The notes under the pieces: model-generated
Databases searched by the model: none
What the model saw: the letters and a program-made list of their open reading frames with translations, nothing else
What the model was told of the DNA's origin: nothing
Position numbers and translations under genes: made by a program
Shown: one piece after another, positions 25,368 to 31,570 of the stretch
How positions within the stretch are numbered: the first letter of the stretch is position 1
Layout: each line of letters opens with the position of its first letter
From: an uncultured Gammaproteobacteria bacterium
GTDB lineage: Bacteria; Patescibacteriota; Patescibacteriia; Patescibacteriales; UBA12465
Length of the DNA stretch: 31,570 nucleotides
Direction of reading: 5' to 3'
Assembly: GCA_964431155.1 (NCBI GenBank)
Contig: CAYSIJ010000001.1
Location: 30,130 to 61,699, forward strand

Positions 25368-27968
25368 TTATTTACAATTACCATCCGCATCCAAGCCCGT
25401 TGCATTGCTAACCGGAACATCAAAACAACAGGAAGGGCTAACCGCAGAAGCAGGGCAAGAATCACTGCCACTCGGTTTGAAACAATTTTGATAAATATCA
25501 CGAATACCCGATCCAGCCTGAGCATTAAAAGCGCTAGATTCGGAAAATACAGAATGATTAATTTTAATAGTCGTTTGGTCTAATACTCCATTATCGCCAG
25601 CGGACTTGTTAAACGAAGAAACCCAATAACCAGCCGGATTACCAAAACTGCGGATATTTAAAAACTTGTGCTCTACATCGCCTTTGCCATTGTTTATTAT
25701 TTTTGAACCAGTGACCAAGCTAGCATTCAACATTAACCGAGAAAATTCAATCGTAATCGGAACATTGAGATCGGCACCACTCACATTATTTTCCGGAGAA
25801 ATTGTCCTGATAATCGGGGCAGTGGTTTCCATTTGATCGCTAATGAAGAATGACCACTGGAAATTATCTTTTTTGTTTTTGTCGCCCACATTTTCATTAA
25901 AAATATCTACTGGCCCATCAGAAAAAGTATCGCGATTTCCATCAAATGAATTACTGGAAGCATCAAAAATTCCTTTCAAAGAAAGAACATTGGCGGCTGG
26001 ATAAAACTTTCCGGCAGAATTTGCGCAAGATTTGTGGGATAAGGCTGAGAGATTATTACAGTTGCTAAAAGGCGCCTTCGTTCCACAAGCCGTGTTATCG
26101 CTACAATTTTCTAAATCAGCGGCAATTAATTCAACTTTCAAATTAGAATTAGCGGGCAAGCAATAAATTTTTTCACCACAACCATTCACGCCACATTGAT
26201 TATCTGATAAAAATTCTAGAGTCTTATAATCGCTAGAAAGTGTGAAATTTCCCGTAACTGGCTGACCATCATTAATATTAATTACCCGGATTGTGCTGCT
26301 CACAAAATTTGATGGCCCAGCAATTGTGAGGGGATTTATTTCTTTGCTAAAATTGATTTGAATTGCTGAATTCATTGGCTGATCAGGCTTGCCACCACCA
26401 GGATTCAAGGTTTTGCCACCATCCGCTCCACCAGAAAACGGTGTTATTTTGAAAGTGCCTGAGCGAGCAGATGAAAGAGAAATATCATTCCCCTGAGCAC
26501 CAGGCTTGGCAATAATGGTTAGGACATTGCCGCTAATAGCGACGTCTTTGAATTCATTAAAAACAGCAGGGTTCTCCAAAAATGCTTTCACCTTGCTGAC
26601 AGTTTCTGCTAAAGTGCCTGCCTGGTTGATACTTAAATTTCGACCGCCAACAGTTAAAATATCGGCTGGATAAGGTTTATTTAATTTTATCTTCCAAGAA
26701 TTTCCAGCAACTACTTTATCTATTTTAAAGCTGAAAAAATTTGGAAAGCTGACCAGATATTCATTTCCTTGCTTCACGGGTTGCGCCGCACCACGCGATT
26801 TTCCGCCGGCAGAAATCACAAAAACATTTCCCGAATCAACACTCACTTCAAAAACATCTCCTGGGTCGTTGGAAATCTCTTGGTAGTTATTACTCATTAC
26901 GAAAGAGCTGGAATCGAGACTTGAGGAATTTCCTCCTGGCGTTGAGGTGAAGGAAGCTTCTTTTTCTGGGCCCATTGCTCTTACGATTTCAATTTTGGCA
27001 ATTGCTGAAGAGCCGACCCTCTGAGCGAAAGAATCCTGTTGATTATCAACGGGAGGAAAAACGCCTTGAGAAACAACTATTGGCGGCACCAAATCAATCA
27101 GGCCATTAACTGAAAAATTCCATTCCAGATAATTGGGCTGGCATTTACTAAAAATATTTTCTCCTCTTAGATTTTTGATTTGATTGGTGAAGCGGACCCC
27201 ATAAGGAACCGCTACATTGGCCTCGCCAAGATATTCCTGAGGAAGAATGACAATAGTTTTTTTGTCATAAGACAGGCCGACTGTTGCCTTGGTCAAATTG
27301 GTGTTGTTGGTGTTGCAACCGCTGGCGCCACAGGCATTGCCGGCTTCTTTTTTGAAAATTTGAATCGCTTCCGGGTTGAGTTTGTTGCAAGCCGTTGAAC
27401 AAGCACAAGCATTACCGCTATCGTTTTTGCAAATGGATTCTGGGGCAACCTCTTCCTTGAAGGTCACCATGATTGAGGAATTTCGCGGCACATTGGATTT
27501 TTCAGCACTTGGAAAAAAATTTTCCACCACGCAAGCACCAACGGCACCAAGGCCGACTTGATAATTCTGGCCGCCAGTCGTGTCTACGCCTGAACCAGAG
27601 CCAGAACCACTGCCAGTCAATCTTCTCAAAATAAAAGCAGCAATTCCCCAAGCGGACAAAATAATAATTAAACCAATCAAAGCATTTTTCAGAATTTTCT
27701 TTGCGGTCGCAATCCGGTCTTCATTGCCATTACTAGTCATCCACACAAAACCGCCATAGATAACGAGCGACACCGCAATAATCCCCAAAAACATCAGGGC
27801 AAAATTGATAATCTTCACGGCCATCACTATCGGACTCGTGTCGCTCAAGGCAATAGTAGCACCGACTTGGTCTACCCCCGTATCAACTGCCGCAAAAACA
27901 AAAACCGCTGGCAAGAAAAAAGCCATCCCGAATAAAAAACCGACTAGCAATTTAAAACTTTTTTTCAT
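25368..27968 (-). CDS. 866-aa surface protein: N-terminal TrbC/VirB2-like pilin plus three SbsA-like (Big_5) Ig domains
   Basis: Pilin hairpin paralogous to that of the 1862-aa gene; VPRNSSIMVTFKEEV, PMNSAIQINFSKEINP and ADLNVPITIEFSRLM Ig-domain starts. Confidence 0.8.
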   Translation of the reverse strand: MKKSFKLLVGFLFGMAFFLPAVFVFAAVDTGVDQVGATIALSDTSPIVMAVKIINFALMFLGIIAVSLVIYGGFVWMTSNGNEDRIATAKKILKNALIGLIIILSAWGIAAFILRRLTGSGSGSGSGVDTTGGQNYQVGLGAVGACVVENFFPSAEKSNVPRNSSIMVTFKEEVAPESICKNDSGNACACSTACNKLNPEAIQIFKKEAGNACGASGCNTNNTNLTKATVGLSYDKKTIVILPQEYLGEANVAVPYGVRFTNQIKNLRGENIFSKCQPNYLEWNFSVNGLIDLVPPIVVSQGVFPPVDNQQDSFAQRVGSSAIAKIEIVRAMGPEKEASFTSTPGGNSSSLDSSSFVMSNNYQEISNDPGDVFEVSVDSGNVFVISAGGKSRGAAQPVKQGNEYLVSFPNFFSFKIDKVVAGNSWKIKLNKPYPADILTVGGRNLSINQAGTLAETVSKVKAFLENPAVFNEFKDVAISGNVLTIIAKPGAQGNDISLSSARSGTFKITPFSGGADGGKTLNPGGGKPDQPMNSAIQINFSKEINPLTIAGPSNFVSSTIRVININDGQPVTGNFTLSSDYKTLEFLSDNQCGVNGCGEKIYCLPANSNLKVELIAADLENCSDNTACGTKAPFSNCNNLSALSHKSCANSAGKFYPAANVLSLKGIFDASSNSFDGNRDTFSDGPVDIFNENVGDKNKKDNFQWSFFISDQMETTAPIIRTISPENNVSGADLNVPITIEFSRLMLNASLVTGSKIINNGKGDVEHKFLNIRSFGNPAGYWVSSFNKSAGDNGVLDQTTIKINHSVFSESSAFNAQAGSGIRDIYQNCFKPSGSDSCPASAVSPSCCFDVPVSNATGLDADGNCK

Positions 27969-28026
27969 GTGAAGTTAGAGTTTCGGAAAAAATGAATCCG
28001 AGTTAATAAATACGGGGCCTTCCTTT

Positions 28027-28055
28027 TTGACGGTCGCCCTTTTTTGAGCTATAAT
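28027..28055 (+). promoter_or_regulatory. Putative rel promoter
   Basis: TTGACG-17 bp-TATAAT. Confidence 0.75.
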
Positions 28056-28110
28056 CTGAGAGCAAAAAGAAGAAAAAAATCGCGAAAATAAAAGGCCGAT
28101 AACTTAGTTT

Positions 28111-28139
28111 ATTTTAACATAAAAAACTAAATTCGTGAA
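28111..28139 (-). promoter_or_regulatory. Putative promoter of the pilin-adhesin cluster
   Basis: TTCACG-17 bp-TAAAAT, with an extended -10 (TGtTAAAAT). Confidence 0.5.
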
Positions 28140-28145
28140 ATAAAA

Positions 28146-29615
28146 ATGACGATTGATCGGATAATAAAAAAATTTAACGACAACAACCCTGGGCTTGACG
28201 CTAGCATCCTGCAAACGGCATATGATTTTGCCGAAGAAGCACACCAGGGACAAGTCCGAAAAAGCGGTGAACCATACATCAACCACCCAGTTTATGTTGC
28301 ATATTTACTAGCGGAAATGAAAGCCGACCTCGCAACCGTGACCGCCGGGATTCTCCATGATGTTCCAGAAGACACTGAAAAAACTTTAGAAGATTTAAAA
28401 AACAAATTCGGCCCAGAAGTTGCCAATCTCGTCAAAGGAATCACAAAATTAGGAAAAATAAAATACCGAGGACTAGAAAGATACCGAGAAAACTTAAAAA
28501 AAATGTTCTTGGCAATGGCCGTAGATATTCGGGTAATTTTTATCAAATTTTGCGACCGACTCCACAATTTGAGAACCTTGGAGTATCTCCCGGAAGAAAA
28601 ACAAAAAAGAATCGCCAAGGAAACTTTGGAAATTTATGCGCCGATTGCCGGAATTTTGGGAATCTGGCGATTAAAATGGCAATTAGAAGATTTATGTTTC
28701 AAGTATCTATATCCAGAAGAATTTCATAAATTGGAATATAAATACGAAGTTGAAAAAAGAACCGAAAGAAATAATTTTTTTAATCGGGTAAAAAAAGAAA
28801 TTTCGCCACTACTGAAAGAAGCGGAAATTCCTCATGAGATTGAAGCGAGATTCAAACACTTATATAGCATTTATCAAAAAATGAAAATCAAAGATCGTAA
28901 TTTTGATGAAATTTATGACGTTTTCGCTTTAAGAATTATTGTTGAAGACGTGAATGATTGCTATAAAGTCTTGGGAATAATCCATACTATTTGGAAACCG
29001 AAACCCAATCGTTTCAAAGATTTTATTGCCGTTCCCAAACCAAATGGCTATCGCAGTCTTCACACCACTGTTTTCGGCCCCGAAGGAAAGCTGGTGGAAT
29101 TTCAGATTAGGACCAAAGAAATGCACGAAGAATCAATTTATGGCTTGGCTGCTCATTGGCACTATAAGGCCCAAAGACAAGAAAAGACAAAAAAACAGCC
29201 GACCTGGATTAAAGAAATTATTGATATCCAAAAAGAATTCAGCGATACCAATGATTTTGTCCACAAAATACAATTAGACGTTTTTCATAACCGAATATTT
29301 GTTCTTTCTCCGAAAGGCGATGCAATTGAATTACCAGAAGGCTCAACGCCAATTGATTATGCCTATGCAATTCACACCAAGGTCGGAAACAGCGCGGTCC
29401 GGGCAATTATTAACGAAAAAAATTCCCGCCTGGACCAAGAATTAAAAAACAGCGATGTTGTGGAAATTATCACCGAAAAAAATAAAATTTATTCAAACAA
29501 AGACTGGCTGAAATTTGCCAAAACCAAAAAAGCCCGCGACGCCATCAAACAATACGCCAAACAGTCACCGTTTGAAAATATCAAAAAATTTATTCCCGGG
29601 ATTGGAAGAAAATAA
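28146..29615 (+). CDS. rel: RelA/SpoT homolog: HD hydrolase + synthetase + TGS, lacking ZFD/ACT domains
   Basis: HQGQVRKSGEPYINHP, LHDVPED, KFCDRLHNLRTL, RFKDFIAVPKPNGYRSLHTT, EFQIRT, AAHWHYK, TPIDYAYAIHT; ends shortly after TGS. Confidence 0.95.
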   Translation: MTIDRIIKKFNDNNPGLDASILQTAYDFAEEAHQGQVRKSGEPYINHPVYVAYLLAEMKADLATVTAGILHDVPEDTEKTLEDLKNKFGPEVANLVKGITKLGKIKYRGLERYRENLKKMFLAMAVDIRVIFIKFCDRLHNLRTLEYLPEEKQKRIAKETLEIYAPIAGILGIWRLKWQLEDLCFKYLYPEEFHKLEYKYEVEKRTERNNFFNRVKKEISPLLKEAEIPHEIEARFKHLYSIYQKMKIKDRNFDEIYDVFALRIIVEDVNDCYKVLGIIHTIWKPKPNRFKDFIAVPKPNGYRSLHTTVFGPEGKLVEFQIRTKEMHEESIYGLAAHWHYKAQRQEKTKKQPTWIKEIIDIQKEFSDTNDFVHKIQLDVFHNRIFVLSPKGDAIELPEGSTPIDYAYAIHTKVGNSAVRAIINEKNSRLDQELKNSDVVEIITEKNKIYSNKDWLKFAKTKKARDAIKQYAKQSPFENIKKFIPGIGRK

Positions 29616-29631
29616 TTTTGTATTAAAAATG

Positions 29632-29662
29632 AAAAAAAGAGCCACATTACTGTAACTCTTTT
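29632..29662 (-). terminator. Minus-strand terminator (G-U pairs form only on the minus-strand RNA)
   Basis: aaaagaguuac-aguaau-guggcucuuuu followed by a U tract; on the plus strand two stem pairs would be C-A mismatches. Confidence 0.6.
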
Positions 29663-29901
29663 GAAATATTTTCTTCGTTTTTGTCTTGGTACGAGAACCT
29701 GGAGGCTCTGCTTCCTCTTGGCATCCCCATTTTAATATCAACGGGAGACAAATTACTCGATATTTATTTTATTTGTGTTGATCGAGAACTATTTCTTTCG
29801 AAAAAATAATACCTAATGCTTTACAGGCAGACTCGCATAACTTCAAATTTTTTTGTTAATAATACTTTTGTTTTTATTTCAAAGCAATTGCTCAGAAATA
29901 T
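29632..29901 (-). ncRNA. Candidate ~270-nt small RNA (family not recognised)
   Basis: Bounded by a near-consensus promoter and a strand-specific terminator; I found no contained ORF longer than about 35 codons in the three minus-strand frames. Confidence 0.35.
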
Positions 29902-29907
29902 AAATAT

Positions 29908-29936
29908 ACTATATCACACAAACAAACACTTGTCAA
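29908..29936 (-). promoter_or_regulatory. Strong sigma70 promoter with no obvious downstream CDS
   Basis: TTGACA-17 bp-TATAGT, with TG extension. Confidence 0.75.
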
Positions 29937-30000
29937 TAGCAAAATGGGCAAATCTGTTGAAAACTAGACAATATATCTAATAATAGCTAAATAAGGGCAC

Positions 30001-30028
30001 AAAAAACACCCCTTTCGAGGTGTTTTTT
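30001..30028 (-). terminator. Terminator of hisS-rpsU
   Basis: aaaaaacacctc-GAAA-ggggtgtttttt. Confidence 0.85.
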
Positions 30029-30048
30029 AAAATTTTTGTACTTCAATA

Positions 30049-30288
30049 CTAACGATTGTTGTTCATCTGGTCTTCTGGCAACTTGCCGGTCTTGCGCAAA
30101 AATTCCTTTTCTTTACTAAGCTTCATGCTTGTTAAAGCAGAAATTTTCAATTGGCGTTTGTTTTTCTTCGGTTTTAAGTGTTGAATGGAACGAGCTTTCT
30201 CAAGCCTTTTGCTGTTCTTCAAGCCTTTTTTGAATTTTCTCAAAAAACTTTCAAAACTTTCACCGGGTTTTCGTTTAAAATCAGCCAT
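30049..30288 (-). CDS. rpsU: 30S ribosomal protein bS21 (start revised to MADFKRK)
   Basis: KRKPGESFESFLRKFKK N-terminus and a basic helical protein of 79 aa; ATG 30288 has an SD at 6-nt spacing. Confidence 0.88.
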   Translation of the reverse strand: MADFKRKPGESFESFLRKFKKGLKNSKRLEKARSIQHLKPKKNKRQLKISALTSMKLSKEKEFLRKTGKLPEDQMNNNR

Positions 30289-30294
30289 AAAATC

Positions 30295-30301
30295 CACCTC
30301 C
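30295..30301 (-). promoter_or_regulatory. Strong Shine-Dalgarno site of rpsU
   Basis: AAAG-GGAGGTG-GATTTT-ATG. Confidence 0.85.
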
Positions 30302-30305
30302 CTTT

Positions 30306-31570
30306 CTAAATGTGTTTAATAATATTTATTAACTTGCTTTCATTATTGCTTAAATCTATTTTTTTTGCAAGTTTTTCCTTTATTTTTTTAATTGGCACGA
30401 TTTCTTGAACGGTTGAATCCATGTCCCGCATCAAAATAGTTTCATCCATTACTTCTTTTTTGCCCATAATTAAAGAAATTTTTGCCTTCACGCGCACTGC
30501 CTCTTCCATTTGGGTTTTTAGACTGTCTGTGGAAAAAGACTGGCGAATTTTGAAACCAGCTTGACGCAATTCATCAAATAATTGCAAAGATTTCAATTTT
30601 GCCGGATCACTTAATTGGGCGATAAAAACCAAGTTATCTTCCGCGTTTGGCAGAGGATAATGCCTATCACGCATTTTCAAGGCTGTTCTTTCAAGCCCAA
30701 TAGCTAGCCCGACTGCAGGAGATGGCTTTCCTCCCATATTTTCCACTAAAGAATCACAACGGCCACCGCCCGCCAAAGCATATTTACCTTGAGCAACGCC
30801 AGCATCATTGATTGGCCAGAATTCAAAAACAGCGTCATTGTAATAATTCAAACCACGTACCAAGAAAGGATTAAAGTTATAAGGAATATCTAATTCATCC
30901 AAATATTCACAGATTTTTTTGAAATGGTCGCGGCTTTCATCGGACCAAAAATCAGCAATTTGCGGGGCTTCTTCTCTTAATTTTACACAACCCTCTTCTT
31001 TGCAGTCCAAGAGGCTCAAGACATTTTTCAGGAGGTTTTGTTTGCAATGATGGCAAACTTTGGACTTCCGACCGCGCTCCCGATAAAAAGCCGAGAGTTT
31101 GTGACTATATTCTTTCCGGCAATCGGCGCCGCCCAAGCTGTTAATTTGCACCTGGATATCAATTCCTAAATCCTTAAAATAATGAAAGGCCAAACTAATA
31201 ATCATTGCTTCGGCAATCGGCTTTTTGTCTTTGATAATTTCTAAATCAAATTGCGTAAATTGCCGCTGAGAATTATTCTGCAATTTTTCGTTGCGAAAAA
31301 CCGAGCCGATAGAAAAAACGCGCAATGGTGATTCTATTTCATCTAATTTCTGTTCAATATAGTGCCGAACGATTCCCTGAGTTAATTCTGGGCGCAGGCA
31401 CATTCTTTCATTTTTTTCACCAATTAAAGCGTAGAGTTCTTTTTCACTGGATTTTCTGGTGCTTTTTTTGTATAAATCAATATTTTCCAAAATTGGCGTT
31501 TCCAAATGATCAAAACCATAACAAGCACAAAGCTCCTCCGCCTTGCGGCGAGCAATGTCAAAATATTGGC
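30306..31570 (-). CDS. hisS: Histidyl-tRNA synthetase-like protein, 5' partial (frame open to the window edge)
   Basis: The frame extends upstream of 31505 (QYFDIARRKAEELCACYGFDHLETPILE). Motifs LRPELT, FRNE..RQFTQ, LVRGLNYY, GGGRCD, GLER, plus a C-terminal anticodon-binding domain. Confidence 0.85.
   Translation of the reverse strand, partial: QYFDIARRKAEELCACYGFDHLETPILENIDLYKKSTRKSSEKELYALIGEKNERMCLRPELTQGIVRHYIEQKLDEIESPLRVFSIGSVFRNEKLQNNSQRQFTQFDLEIIKDKKPIAEAMIISLAFHYFKDLGIDIQVQINSLGGADCRKEYSHKLSAFYRERGRKSKVCHHCKQNLLKNVLSLLDCKEEGCVKLREEAPQIADFWSDESRDHFKKICEYLDELDIPYNFNPFLVRGLNYYNDAVFEFWPINDAGVAQGKYALAGGGRCDSLVENMGGKPSPAVGLAIGLERTALKMRDRHYPLPNAEDNLVFIAQLSDPAKLKSLQLFDELRQAGFKIRQSFSTDSLKTQMEEAVRVKAKISLIMGKKEVMDETILMRDMDSTVQEIVPIKKIKEKLAKKIDLSNNESKLINIIKHI

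Noticed and set aside
2539-27561. Numerous plus-strand and alternate-frame ORFs within the long minus-strand genes
   Set aside because: They lie fully inside well-supported CDSs and show no motifs; expected shadow ORFs.
27969-28104. Possible riboswitch (c-di-GMP or ppGpp/ykkC type) in the ~135-nt adhesin leader
   Set aside because: Only a short GC-rich patch and a 5-bp hairpin; I could not match the conserved cores. An Rfam scan would settle it.
28104-29277. Short ORFs overlapping rel
   Set aside because: Antisense or out-of-frame within a clear rel CDS.
29690-29735. GGGGATG start resembling a tmRNA 5' end
   Set aside because: No following TTCGAC, no 3' T-arm/CCA acceptor and no tag reading frame.
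30289-30297. GTG start giving MDFMADF for rpsU
   Set aside because: The GTG is part of the SD; ATG 30288 has the correct SD spacing.
1-31570. CRISPR arrays, tRNA/rRNA genes, transposases, integrases, reverse transcriptases
   Set aside because: None detected by eye: no regularly spaced repeats and no corresponding motifs.

Overview
AT-rich bacterial chromosome segment read with the standard genetic code, with most genes on the minus strand. It is inferred to be Patescibacteria/CPR (Parcubacteria-like) from its VirB2/TrbC-type pilin fusions, DxDxDG Ca-binding repeat proteins and near-total lack of Shine-Dalgarno sites. Housekeeping genes: nrdD (partial)-nrdR with tandem NrdR boxes, ftsA-ftsZ, a pilD-like prepilin peptidase, a PglL/O-antigen-ligase-TPR protein, secD-secF, clpP, a short rel, rpsU and a partial, divergent hisS. 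Accessory content: (i) a ~1.6 kb islet between two 19-bp copies of the ftsZ 3' end, carrying a wHTH-PRTase gene whose promoter lies inside a perfect 37-bp palindrome, plus truncated Fic-like and restriction-modification-like fragments; (ii) a ~14 kb cluster of giant cysteine-rich surface proteins, two of them anchored by T4SS-type pilin domains; (iii) a divergent GH57-like gene; (iv) an orphan ~270-nt promoter-to-terminator unit. rpsU is the only gene I inspected with a strong, properly spaced SD. All family calls come from motif recognition by eye; no database searches were run.
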